Positions 12,218 through 28,806 of a DNA stretch of 64,000 nt are shown one piece after another; the stretch's first letter is position 1; each line of letters opens with the position of its first letter. The DNA is from Chrysomallon squamiferum. Taxonomy: Eukaryota; Animalia; Mollusca. The notes beneath the pieces were generated by a model. It worked only from the letters and a program-made list of their open reading frames with translations. It was not told where the DNA came from and did no database searches. Where the stretch lies: assembly GCA_012295275.1 (NCBI GenBank), contig CM022668.1, forward strand, positions 13,950,001 to 14,014,000, in the 5' to 3' direction. The position numbers and the translations under genes are program-made.

Positions 12218-13232
12218 CACCCACACACACACACACTCACTTTCTCTCTCAACACATACACACATCTCTCACTCACCTTCTCGAAAACACAAACACACAC
12301 TCACCCAGACAAAAACACATTCATCTCTCTCAGCCACACACACATATACATTCTCATACACAGATACAGACTCACACACACACACAGACAGACACTCAGA
12401 CACAAACATTTAAAATATAAAATGTGTACTTAAAATGTACATAATATTTGTTTGCAAAAAATATAAAATAAACAATGAAGAATGAAAAATGAAATTGTGT
12501 TTTACAAAATTAATAAACTTGTAAACCTGGTTTTCTGGAAGTTGGATAAATAGTTTGGTAGTTTTATTAATATTAAAGTATATCATGGTAACAAATTAAT
12601 AAACTTGTAAACCTGGTTTCCTGGAAGTGGGATATCTAGTTTGGTAGTTTTATTAATTATTAATAGCCTTTGATAAACTAATTGTGAAATGTTCCACAAC
12701 ACCAAGAAAGACTGGACTGTGTTATGCATTAGTTTACACAACAAAAGCATGAACAGGAAATATTCAAAAGATGACAGAACTGTAACTTAGGAATATTAAT
12801 TTGTATAATACAGCAACCATAAATGAATGAGTGAAACAGGAAATTATTATAAAAAACCCATTAAGAATGGCAATAATGTGTGACCGACCATTATAGAGAT
12901 ATATTTGAAAGTCATCATAAGACTAAAACTAACAATAATGTAAGATAAACCATTCCTAAAGTTTAAACATATGGCTGGAATGGTAAAAAAGTAACAGCAT
13001 TATGCATACGAGGAAATCAAGAGATATACCTAAAAGGTCTCAAATGATCTGCTACTCAGAGAGCAAAGGTTGGAACTGAAAAATTAGTTAAAGTAGTGCA
13101 GAAGTGTTAAATTACCTCATAATACTCCAGACTTGAGAAACTCATTGGAACGAGGATTATAACAAGAAGCAGTCCAATACCCAAAACTCCTCCAATAAGT
13201 AGACAGACACACTTTGATGAGTCGTCAGCCAT
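8214..13232 (-). CDS. SPFH/Band-7 (prohibitin/erlin-like) domain membrane protein, 335 aa, 6 coding exons
   Basis: join complement(13116-13232, 11578-11742, 10818-10937, 9988-10120, 8859-9070, 8214-8474). All introns are GT-AG and phases 0,0,0,1,0 keep the frame. N-terminal TM (LLIGGVLGIGLLLVIILVPM), SPFH-like motifs (VFTKDKLEVNIDVSFQYFL, FTTREFISRREDVEAAM, GLFVDVRHFQMGQVNI) and an Ala/Glu/Gln-rich coiled-coil tail. Confidence 0.9.
8859..9070 (-). CDS. SPFH gene exon 5
   Basis: Acceptor ccctag|CT (phase 1), donor CAG|GTAAGG; CDVGCKPYSTC...RKNTDAQ. Confidence 0.9.
9988..10120 (-). CDS. SPFH gene exon 4
   Basis: Acceptor ttctag|GGA, donor TTG|GTTAGT; GEAPSFTTREF...GGRCCNKDCKAFEF. Confidence 0.85.
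10263..10380 (+). repeat. ~120-bp dispersed direct repeat, copy 2 (SPFH intron 3)
   Basis: Near-identical to 7130-7248. Confidence 0.85.
10818..10937 (-). CDS. SPFH gene exon 3
   Basis: Acceptor ttcag|GTA, donor AAG|GTAAAT; VNIDVSFQYFL...SAVDALK (40 codons). Confidence 0.9.
11578..11742 (-). CDS. SPFH gene exon 2
   Basis: Acceptor tttcag|TAT, donor GAG|GTAAAG; YGFARRKSTG...FTKDKLE (55 codons). Confidence 0.9.
12505..12662. repeat. Tandem duplication of ~87 bp in SPFH intron 1
   Basis: acaaattaataaacttgtaaacctggttt.ctggaagt.ggata..tagtttggtagttttattaat occurs at ~12505 and ~12592. Confidence 0.85.
13116..13232 (-). CDS. SPFH gene exon 1 (coding part; signal anchor)
   Basis: MADDSSKCVCLLIGGVLGIGLLLVIILVPMSFSSLEYYE, donor GAG|GTAATT. 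An acceptor tttcag lies ~13 nt upstream of the ATG, implying a 5' UTR intron. Confidence 0.9.
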
Positions 13233-13321
13233 TGTACAGTTTTCACTGAAATAAATATACACATAATTAAAAATAATGTAATGAATCTTTAAATACATAT
13301 ATGGACATATTTTTAAAATTA

Positions 13322-13360
<39 letters not shown>

Positions 13361-13747
13361 TGATTGAATAACATAAAACATTTAAATCCCTAAAATATAA
13401 CTGTTTTGAAAAAAAATATATTTTTTTTAAATGTACTAATTAGTCCGTATAATAATATTCACTGATAAAATATAATTTACACTGTTATATAATATGTCAT
13501 TATATATATACAATGCATATATCTGTTAGTATTACTTTTGGCTATTTATTTATATGCAGTTAATGTGTATACGTTTGCGATATTGGTTTTTATTAAATAT
13601 TTTGTTACAATTTATAATTTTATTTCGAGTCCAAATAAAAGACGAAGGCCTATAAACTAATATTATATACAAATGCTGAAATGGTGAAATGTCATAATAA
13701 TAATCGTTTTCAATTTCGACTCTAATAATAATTTCAATATATCTCAC

Positions 13748-13945
13748 CTGTAACTGTTTCACAAAGCAATAGTTAATCATTGACTGTAAAATTTGATAAA
13801 AATTAATCTTAAAATTTAACAACGAACAAGTATTTCGAAACTGCAAAATGTTGTAATAATTTCGAGTCGCCAATGTTTACGGATACTGTCATTGGTTCCG
13901 GATCTGCGCTTTCAAGGAGCGCATTACCGGAAATGGTGGATACCG
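13748..13945 (-). promoter_or_regulatory. Probable non-coding first exon and promoter of the SPFH gene
   Basis: Donor CAG|GTGAGA at 13748/13747; CpG-containing patch with ETS-like CCGGAA motifs at ~13896-13934. Confidence 0.55.
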
Positions 13946-15245
13946 TTCAAAAAAAAAAAATAATAATAAAATGAAATAAAATAAAATAAAATAAAATAAA
14001 ATAAAATAGTAATAATATCAACGGAATGTAATTAAATAATAATGAATAATATAATTAATCAGCAAATGTTATATAAGGTTTTTTGACTTTAATCAAATCT
14101 AAGTGGAAAAGCAAGCTCATGTTCCCCAAATAATTTTAAGCTCTATAGTTAAAATAAGTTTATCCGTTTGTGCCGCTTATCGGGAACATTCCTTAAATAT
14201 TATGAAATATTACTTGTTCACCAGTGATTTCTTATTATTAGTTTTATGCATTTTTAATGTTGTCAAAAATTCATAATTTATAATCGGCATAATTCTTAAA
14301 TTATAGACGAGGAAATAAATGTGCATCTTATATTTTTCTTATTAGTTTTGGACTCCATTTTTTCCATGTAACAGAATATTATATAATTGTAAAATAAAAT
14401 TTATTGTCGTTAGCTGAAGAAGTTATTCTTTTGAGTTGCTATGATACAACGAGATAAAACAAATATCTTCAAAGCGAGGCTTGTTCCGGACCTTAGTGTT
14501 CTCAGTAAGGTGTTTTGATAAACCGGTGTTTTATGTTTTTCTATTGGTTAATTCGAAGCGTAATCAATCAGGAAATCCATATTTCTCGGTAATTTCCGTC
14601 AATTTGTCTTCGGAAACTGTAACGTGTTTTCTAACAAAAACAGACGTCAAATGTTACCTGGTTTTAATACTTTATGGTCATTTGTTCTTGTCTGCAGCAA
14701 AAGCAATACCAATTTAAAAATTTAAAATAAATAAATAAATAAATAAATAAGAATAAAAAATATTGTGTGATGTCCTTACGTTTATTCAGTGAACTTTCAG
14801 TGTGTGAGTCAAATAATAGTTTTTCACAATTGGTGAACAAGCTTAAAACACAACTTCTTAATCCTGACATTTTGTTGAAAACAACAAAAATAGTATATAT
14901 TTAAACTTTGGGGTTTATTGCATATTTTTATTATCAAAATTAATAAATTAAAAAATTGTGATATATAATTTATGTTCATGTTAATTAATTCAGGGTTTCC
15001 TTACCAAGGCTAAGAGCTTACAAAGGGATTTTCTTTAATCTGCTTGAAAAGTTTTTAAGGTTTGAATAGTTATAATATTTAGCATTTGTAAGGGGAAAAC
15101 AATCAAAACAAATAATAATTTTTTTTTTTTTTTTTTTTTAAATCAGCATTTAATAAATGCTATAAATTCACTAGTTGTGTCATGGCCTTGATATTATTTG
15201 TTAAATATTTTGAACATTTATACAATTTTATTGAAATTAAAATTA

Positions 15246-15281
<36 letters not shown>

Positions 15282-15389
15282 GCAGATCTGATGAAAGGAG
15301 ACAACTGACACCTCTATATGACAGCTGGATGAAGTCTTCACATAATCCAGTTGACTGCTAGATCTTAGCAAAGCTTTCCATTTGATATG

Positions 15390-15534
15390 TTCTTTTTATG
15401 AAGGGAATAGCATCATGCTTTTCATGGATTTTATTCTTCTTTGAAACTGCTGTGACGATATGTGATTCACAAGAACAAAATTTTTGGATGTCACAAGATT
15501 TTCTTTATTATCAATCTGTCTTGTACATACAGTT
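15390..15534 (-). pseudogene. Possible decayed THAP-domain C-terminal fragment
   Basis: After acceptor tattag|, and with one frameshift, it reads TRQIDNKENLVTSKNFVL/CESHIVTAVSKKNKIHEKHDAIPFI, resembling THAP VLCxxHF...LKxDAVPTI. Stops follow. Confidence 0.3.
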
Positions 15535-15787
15535 CTAATACAAAAATACATCGAATGTCTCTTTGCAACATTTTGTTTTCTTTACTATAAATAAAAACTA
15601 ACTGGATTTCATTTATTACAAATTCTTCTTTGGTTTCAAGTATAGTTATAAATGAAGTTAACTGAATACAAATGAAGTTTAATAATGGTCTATGCCAGTA
15701 AAAAAAATTTCCATAACATTTTTGAATGTGGTCTTGTAATTAACAGTAAAGATGAAATTTTTATCAACATTATTTCAAATTTAAACT

Positions 15788-15840
<53 letters not shown>

Positions 15841-17450
15841 TTAACTTTACAGATGGAAACAGTATGGAGAAATTAGAGTTGTAAGTGTACCACTTGAAAT
15901 GTTTATCAACACCATTAGGTTAAAAAAAATAATTAAAAAAAAATATAATAATATTTTAACTTTATTACAGAGTAGATAAAAATGGGTCAGTCATAGTATA
16001 CTTAGGGTTGTAAGATGTTGTAAAGCTGAAATTGTTATCAAGATCATCTAGAATTTAAAAAAAAAAAAAAAAAAAAAGATAATAATTTATGCATTAGTTG
16101 ATAACAACAGGAAACAACTCTAACACCATAGTAAACCAAGCATAGCAGAAGTATTAAATTCACTGAAGATTAAAACAAATATACTTTTTAACTAATCAAA
16201 AGCAGATGCCATATTATGACTATAAGCAAAAGAATTACAAAATTAATAAAACAGGCCAAAAAAAATGAGGAGGAGGTTAAATTGTACAATTAAGATTTTG
16301 AAATGACTATATTTTTACATTTTTAGAATGTTTGTATCAAACATGTATTTACAATATTACAGCATTGTCCTTTTGCCCCTTTCACAGAATTCTGCAAGAT
16401 GGTTTTGTCCCAACCTCAAGTTCTGAGATCATTTTAAGGAGAAAAATAATAATCTAAATTTCATTGTTTAAAAAATAATAAAAAACTATATGTAATGTAT
16501 TATTCACTTTATCTTTTCATTTTATTTTTCAAAATATATACAACCTCTGCTGAGACAATAAGGAAAATTATAAAAAATAAAGTAATAAACATGTTGTTCT
16601 AATATATCAATCCAACAGGAACATCATGAGAAGGAACAACAAAGAGAATACAATGACAATGCCACCATTATCCTGGAGGGTCATCTCAAGACAGTGTAAC
16701 AAAATGATGGCAACAATAGTTGGCCACCATTCAAAAGAAAACATAAACCCAATATATTAAAAAATAGTGAAATGTTTTATACAGAAGACAACATTCCCTT
16801 AGAAAGCACAGATGTGCAGTTTGGAATGAGAAATACAATGGTCCAAACCATCAAAACAGTATTATGAATTCCTGGAGGTATTTTCTGGAATTGTTGTGGT
16901 TCATTTCTGACAGAAAATGGTATATCCAATTTTAGATCTAATAAAAGCTGATGTTAATCAAGTTATCACACAAAAAATTCCTGATAGTATTCTGCAATTA
17001 ATTTTAATGATAAAGAATAACTTAATAGCACATATCATACTGTTTCAAAGATGCAACAATCCTGTTATTTATGATTATATTTAGTCTTAATTATCTATTT
17101 ATATTTATATTTAGTATTATTATTGTCAGTGACTATCTTCTTTTCATAATATTTATGAAATTTTTACTCATTTTAGTCTTACAATCAAGTGTTTATATAT
17201 TTATTAAATTATTTATCAATTTTCTTTTTAAGTATATGTAATAATTAGGCTAGATGGCAGTATCAGTTTAGGTAAACAATTGCATCGTTATGTAATACTT
17301 TAATAAACAACAATTTATAAAAATCTGAATGGATGTTAGATTTGGGATCTGCCTTCATAATATAACATTTTAAGAATAAAAATAGTTGAAAAACATAAAT
17401 AAAGAAATAAAGAAAAAATTGAAAAAAAAAAAGATGTGTCCTAAAATCAG

Positions 17451-17492
<42 letters not shown>

Positions 17493-18489
17493 TAAATAAA
17501 ATGTCAATCTTACAGCAAGCTAAAACGACAAAGAATGATCAATAATTTGTGAACACACACATACACGCACACACAAAAAAAATTAATGATAAAAAGAAAG
17601 ACTAAAAAGTGCTGCTCTGATAAATAAATAATTTGACTGTTTGTTTTAATCTCCATGCTTCTGATGTCAGTGCATCAGGCTAATACAGAGTAAGTAAAAA
17701 TAAATGCACAGATGATCAGTATTCCTACTGTTCCAGGTTATTTTTAAAATCTTCTTTGGCAGTTACATTTTTGTGACACCACAGAAAGTTTTGGTACCAA
17801 CCTTGAAATATTAAATTTCTACCATTTCATTCATGGTGATGTTTTCACCTGTTCTGAAAAGAAAAATCAAGTTAAAATAAACATGTTTTTCATGTTAAAG
17901 TTAAATTTAAAGAGGAAAGATGTTAGTTATCTAAATAAACAAATAAAATGAAAATAATATATATTTATTACTTTCATATTTACTTATATTTGAAAATGTA
18001 TTTCTCTCTGTAATCTAATATTTGAATGAAAAAGAAGCCTCAGTTTTATAACTGCCATATTAAAAAAGGTATGTCTGAAAGTGACAAGAGCAAAGTCCTT
18101 TTCTGCTGGTTTGTATTCTAATTTTACCAAAGAAAAAATGCACTAAAATGAAACAATAAGAAAGAAATGATAAATAAATGCTAAAAAAAAAATAGTCAAT
18201 TGTTTGTTAATCAAATGCATGATAAGTCAGTGAATATATTCAGAAAATATATCCCAGTTTATGCCTTATGCAGAGAATAAGGAGTAATTTAATATAATTT
18301 CACCATTTGTTGTTACAATTTAGAATATAATTTAAATAGAGGTCAAAACAACGTGAATAAGAAAACTGAGAGTAGAATAAAACAAGGTGAATATGAAAAC
18401 TGACAGTCAACTTACCTTCTTTAAATATTTCATTCTGTAGACGTCAAGAGACATATTTAGTCTTTGTTTAATTCATGTTAAGATATTGA

Positions 18490-19662
18490 ATAATTTCACA
18501 TTCAAGTACCATCAGCAATTAAGTATATATATACATGTGAATGAGAACTAGTACATTTATTCTGTTGAAAAGATAAATTGATATTAAAATTTTAAATAAA
18601 TAACCAATTTGTAATTATTTTGTATCATTTCAAAGATCTATAAGCCTTTCTCTTCAAAAAACAAAACAACAACAAAGAAAAACACGACTGACAAAGGCAC
18701 CTCTGAAAATTGTTCCTATTTTTATTATTTTACTGAAAATTAAACATGAGGAAAATGATTTTGTAAAATTGTATTATTTAGCATTTTATTTTTGATGGTT
18801 GCTAATATTTGCTAATAATCTTTCTATTGTTAGGAATATAAAATTTTTTTTCCTCTTTCATACACCCATAAAATATTTACAATTGGTCTGAACATATTTA
18901 AAAAGGAGTTCTAACTTTTTCTCACATAGACAATGACAGCATTATTAATCAAACTGATCTTTTATATGTTTGATCTGCATCAGATGAAAAGGTATATATT
19001 ATTTTGAATACTAGTTATACTTTTTAAATCACTAATAATGATAATGTATTAAGAATCAAGCTTTTCAAACACAGTATGAATTATTTTTGTGGAAGATATG
19101 TCATTTTCAAATAAGAGAAGCACAACAATGACAATATCCATTTTTAAAATTTTCATTTCAGGAAATCTGGCTAAAATTATCCATCAAATATTGCTGAGCA
19201 TTTTTCTATTTGATATGTGGCAAAATGTATCCTTTCTTTTTTTTTTCTTGTCATCTTTGAAGACCAATTACTGAAAAGACATAAAAAAAAAAAGAAAAAA
19301 AAAAAAGAAAAAATTTACTATAAATAATTAATCAAATTATTATTATTTTTAACATAATGAAACCATTTAAAACAGAATCAGCAGTAAATACATGTATATA
19401 TAAATTATAATTATTTTTTTACATTTAATCTAAAAAAAAGAAATTACATGAAAAAGATCACTTTACCAATCAATAATTTAATATTCTGGTGGGGGGAGGG
19501 GAAAAATGTATTACATAAACTACCATAAAGATTTTGTTCCCACTAAGAAAAATAAATTAACCAAAAATCAACAATCAGATTCAGACTGAAGAGTAAATCA
19601 AAAATAAACACCAACCACATACTAATAATAACTAAGCACAGTAAACATCAATTCTTTGGACT
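18490..19662 (+). repeat. ~1.2-kb degenerate repeat, copy A (homologous to 30010-31132; partial copy at 27258-27705)
   Basis: Shared collinear blocks: taccatcagcaattaagt; ctaactttttctcac; aatgtattaag.atcaagctt.tcaaacacagtatgaattatttttgtggaag; tcactttaccaat.aataatttaatattctggtgggg; catactaataataactaagcacagtaaa. Confidence 0.8.
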
Positions 19663-19839
19663 TCCACATTGTTAATAATAACACCACATTTTGTGACCAA
19701 AAGCTAAAAGAGCAAAATACAAATTATTTCCATTTGAAAATCCTCAGACTTCAAAGTTTACTAGTACTGTGAAAAGAAAGCATAACTAATAAATTTCTCC
19801 AACTTCAGCATAAATACGGTGAATATATTAGAAAAATGA

Positions 19840-19873
<34 letters not shown>

Positions 19874-20539
19874 TATGTTTGTAATTTGTTGTAATTTTTA
19901 TTTATAAACATTACTTCAATTATATTTTATGTGATTTGTTATGGATTCTGGCAAATTCCTCAGTATTAGCAATAATTTTCGAGATGAAAACAAAAATAAT
20001 AAATAAATAAATAAATAGAATAAAAAATAAAGCAGACTTTTCCAATTACAGATTAATAAATTTCCAGTGAGCAGCATTATTCACAAATATTAATAACAAA
20101 GTAACAAAGTTTCGATCATTTCATACTCTGACAGTGATAAATTCATTTACGTCTGGTTTAAAAAAAATTACAAATGCAGATAACTCGGTATATTTTACTA
20201 ACTGAATACCACAGTAAATTTGAAAAAGAAAAGAAAACCGATAAAAACTGACTTAACACAATGCAAACCTTCTATGATGACTGCAACAGCCTCTTTTAAC
20301 ATTATTATCAAACCTATAAATATTATAACTTATAATTTCTTACATTTCAGCCCAAGCAGACGACAGATATTTCTTGAAACTTACTTTCAGACGATAATTC
20401 TGGCACTTGTAAGAAATATTAAACTTTAATTTAAATTCATATTTTTAATAAATATTGTAATTTAACAAAACTCTTTGGTTAACATTTAATTTTTAATCCT
20501 AAAAAGAAATTACGTTTCACTTATTTCAGCCTGTTCTGA

Positions 20540-20820
20540 TACTTCATGACAAATGGCGGGTTTTTCCGTCGTCTGCTATCAACCTTTTTGTTTGTACCGA
20601 TTATCGCCCTTACGCCACCTGTCGAAATTCAAATAAAATCTTTGCATTAAACTTATCCGTCTAAACAATGTGAGCTTAATTTAGCTCTGATATAAATCAT
20701 CTAGAGACGACTGCATATTAACATTGGACAAATTATTTACTAAGAATGTGTAACTAGATTCCGAATATCTTATTTGTATGGAAAACCCAGGAAAATTTCG
20801 GTTCTTCCTGTGACCTCAAC
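20540..20820. promoter_or_regulatory. Promoter region of the C3orf33 homolog (possibly bidirectional)
   Basis: CpG-containing patch with YY1-like AAATGGCG at 20551, directly upstream of the ATG at 20821. Confidence 0.5.
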
Positions 20821-24758
<3,938 letters not shown>

Positions 24759-26039
24759 AGGCATAATTTCCCCGAATAATAAAGATTTTTGTGCTAGGTT
24801 TTGTCCATGAGTCAGACCACTTAAATTTGCATTTGTTGTGAGTACAGTCAAAGTTCATTTTTGGTTACGATGTTCCATGATGTGTTCCATATCAGCTGAC
24901 ATCGGCGGTCATCTTCTATAAGCGTGGACATTGGTCAGATATCCATAAGTGACGCCCATCCAATTTTGTGTAAATTTAATTACCGTATGGTCACTGATAT
25001 TTATCCTATAATAGATTTAATAAATTCAAAGAAATGAAAAACAATTCGTGTTTTTTTTTTTTTTTTTTCATATATACTTTTCTAACGATACATTTCCAGA
25101 TATTTCCTATCTAGATCAATTCAAGTAATTTCAAGGAGTTTCGAGGTTAAATTAAATTTCTATCACATCCTATAACATGCAACTAAGTCTGATATAGACA
25201 CATTTCATTGTAACTTTTATTTTTCTATTATACGTAATCAGAAAAAGAAAAAAAAATTCTGTTTGAAACGATATAAATACTGCAAAGTACATTTTCAAAT
25301 GCTATCACTGTTTGAAAATTCACATCACACCCTTTCATAAACTGGTTATGACAAATATTTAGACATAATTGTTTGTGGTTGTCAGGAATGGTAGTGTTTG
25401 AAACGGAATTTCATCGACGAAGACCATTGTACTGTCACATAAATAGTAATCGCTTCTGTACAGTAATGTATTAATGACAATATTCTGGATCCTTTACCCC
25501 TCTACTGATTATGTTGGGAGATGAATTACGTTTAATGTATGAAGAAAGAAATCGCTGCAGATCACAATCAATAAATAAATACATAAACTATTTAAAAAAT
25601 AATCATCAAAAAGTAGTAAGCTGACAAAAAATACAGTTAAGACCCTCCACTATTTTGGCCGAATGCGTTTCAGTTATATGTCATTAAAAAGGTACGGAAT
25701 CGTTTTGAACGTGTTTATTTAGCATTTGAATGAGGTAAATGTGTATCCTGCACAACTTTCTACATTTTCTGCATGTAAGAAAAGCGTGCTTAGTAACTGC
25801 TTTGTAACAGTCGGCAGTCACTTAGTCATTAACTCCTCGTCCATTGTGCAAGCGCGGGAAAAGTCTCATTCCAGTACCAGCGCACCCGGCCGTCTGCACG
25901 TCAGACTGAAGGGAAGAACATATAAAGCTGTTATTTTTTTCACTGGCATCGTCTATTGATAACATTTACTTTAAATTTTTGTTAATATATATACAACTTC
26001 TGAGTTATTTTGGGTTATATCTAATCTCTACTTGTCAAC

Positions 26040-26540
26040 ATGTCTGGTGAATGGCAACACGAATTATGCAACTGTTGCGTTGACCTTGGATTGTGCCTCA
26101 TCTCGTACTTCGCGCCTTGTTACCAGTTCGGGCAAAATGCAGAAGCCGTCGGCGAATCGTGCTGTTTTTGTGGATGTCTCTGTTTAGCATGTCCGATTTA
26201 CATTCCCTTTATGGGTGCGTACATCAGGAAGAAAATTCGACAAAGAAAAGGAATAAAAGGATATTATGCGGAAGACCTTCTTACTTGGTGTTGTTGCCCG
26301 CTGTGTGCTTTGATTCAAGAGACGCTAGAACTTCATGATATCCAACCGGCAGCTTTACAACTGGCAGCTTTTCAACTGGCAGCTTTTCAACTGGCAGCTA
26401 TCCATCCGGCAGCTGTCCATCCGGTAGGTGTCCAAACGGGAGCTGTCCAACCGGTAGGTGTCCAAACGGGAGCTGTTTCACCGGTAACTCAGCAACCGGT
26501 AGCTGTCCAACAGACATCTAAGGCCACTACGCAGAAATAA
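26040..26540 (+). CDS. PLAC8/cornifelin-domain Cys-rich protein with a 12x pentapeptide tail, 166 aa
   Basis: Uninterrupted ORF; W-x-H-x-L-C-x-C...PCYQFGQNAE...IRKKIR...GIKG...D...WCCCPLCALIQE is the PLAC8 signature. TATA-like CATATAAAG at ~25919. Confidence 0.92.
   Translation: MSGEWQHELCNCCVDLGLCLISYFAPCYQFGQNAEAVGESCCFCGCLCLACPIYIPFMGAYIRKKIRQRKGIKGYYAEDLLTWCCCPLCALIQETLELHDIQPAALQLAAFQLAAFQLAAIHPAAVHPVGVQTGAVQPVGVQTGAVSPVTQQPVAVQQTSKATTQK
26340..26519 (+). repeat. Coding 15-bp minisatellite, 12 units
   Basis: Consensus GTCCAACCGGYAGCT, encoding IQPAA LQLAA FQLAA FQLAA IHPAA VHPVG VQTGA VQPVG VQTGA VSPVT QQPVA VQQTS. Confidence 0.9.
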
Positions 26541-27301
26541 AAACGTTGATGATTTGTCTGCAGATAACTTAAATGCTTCACATTCATTCAGATAGGAAAC
26601 GAGTATTGTGGATATTTTGACTCGATTTTATAAATAAAGTCACAGCATTATTAAACAAGCTGATGTTTATTATGTTTGATTTCCTCGTGAACAGACATAA
26701 TTATTGTGGTCATCAGGAATGGTAGCGAGGGAAACGGAATTTCATCGACGAAGACCTTCATAGTGCTTCTGTCACATAAATCCATAGCCTTGACAGCTGT
26801 TGACATTTACAGAAAGATTTAGGATGTTTTGGCGAGTATTTTTTAAACGTAATAAAATAAAATTCAAGAATGAAACCTTTGACAAATTTGCCACAAAATA
26901 CGGAACGTCAAAGAGGAAAAACAGAAGATGATTTCATCAGAAAAACTTGTAGATGTTCAAAAATATATAATAAATGTGAACGTTGTAAACGTTTCACACG
27001 AAAATTGTTTGATATGTCTTAAGTTTTATCCTTTATCACGTTTTTATTAATTTAAACATTGATTCTTTATTTTATTTTTTTCTGAAATAGATATCACCTA
27101 ATTAACGTTGAACAGAAATTAGTTCTAATAAAATGAAATCATAAATGACACAAATATATATATATATATATAGAAAACAATGTTGTTCCGAACCCTTTAA
27201 CGCAGTTTATTTATATTTAATAATATGTTATTTTATTTCACGGATTCTTCTCAGTTTATTGCATTCTGATTATAATTTCATCTTTAAATACCATCAGCAA
27301 T

Positions 27302-27408
<107 letters not shown>

Positions 27409-28718
27409 TTACTTTTAAGAATAAAAAAAGATGACATTTTATTATTAGACTGAAAATTAATGATGAAGAAAATAATTTTTAAAAATTGATTTTTTAGCAA
27501 ATAATTTTTGATAATATGTGCTAATAATGTTATCATTGTTATTGAATTTTTTTTCTTTTATTCATTTATAATATAACTTTTCTCCTTAGAACTCGTAAAA
27601 TATTTACAATCTGTTTTAATATATTTAAGACGGAGCTCTAACTTTTTCTCACCTTTACAGCCACAGCATTATTAAACAAGCTGATGTTTATTATGTTTGA
27701 TTTCCTCGTGAACAGACATAATTATTGTGGTTTTCAGGAATGGTAGCGAGGTAAACGGAATTTTATCGACGAAGACCTTCACAGTGCTTCTGTCGCATAA
27801 ATCCATAGTAAATACATGACAAAGGTAAAGCAAATTACCTGCATGCGGACACCTTGAATATGCCAAGATTAACTGCGGAATTAAATTCCAATTTTTTTTT
27901 GAATAGACGTTATAAACATGATAAAAGCGACTACGTTATTTAGCATTTGAATGAGGTAAATGTGTATCCTGCACAACTTTCTACATTTTCTGCATGTAAG
28001 AAAAGCGTGCTTAGTAACTGCTTTGTAACAGTCGGCAGTCACTTAGTCATTAACTCCTCGTCCATTGTGCAAGCGCGGGAAAAGTCCCATTCCAGTAACC
28101 AGCGCACCCGGCCGTCTGCATGGTAGTGTTTGAAACGGAATTTCATCGACGAAGACCTTTGTACTGTCACATAAATAGTAATCACTTCTGTACAGTAATG
28201 TATTAATGACAATATTCTGGATCCTTTACCCCTCTGCTGATTATGTTGGGAGATGAATTACGTTTCATGTATGAAGAAAGAAATCGCTCCAGATCACAAA
28301 TCAATAAATCAATAAATAAATGCATATATACATAAACTATTTAAAAAAATAATCATCAAAAAGTAGTAAGCTGACAAAAAATACAGTTAAGACCCTCCAC
28401 TATTTTGGCCGAATGTGTTTCAGTTATATGTCATTAAAAAGGTATGCAATCGATTTGAACGTGTTTATTTAGCATTTGAATGAGGTAAATGTGTAACCTG
28501 CACAACTTTCTACATTTTCTGCATGTAAGAAAAGCGTGCTTAGTAACTGCTTTGTAACAGTCGGCAGTCACTTAGTCATTAACTCCTCGTCTATTGTGCA
28601 AGCGCGGGAAAAGTCTCATTACGGCCGTCTGCACGAAGTCAGATTGAAGGGAAGAACATATAAAGCTGCTAGTTTTTCACTGGCATCGTCTATTGATAAC
28701 ATTTACTTTAAATTGTTG

Positions 28719-28764
<46 letters not shown>

Positions 28765-28806
28765 TTCTGAGTTATTTTGGGTTATACCTAATCTATACTT
28801 GTCAAC

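Noticed and set aside
15282-15360. CTGATGA as a hammerhead ribozyme core or snoRNA C box
   Set aside because: There is no GAAA after a stem II, and no convincing D box with a terminal stem.
20778-20813. Upstream ATG at 20778 as the C3orf33 start
   Set aside because: It is out of frame and stops after 11 codons; at most a uORF.
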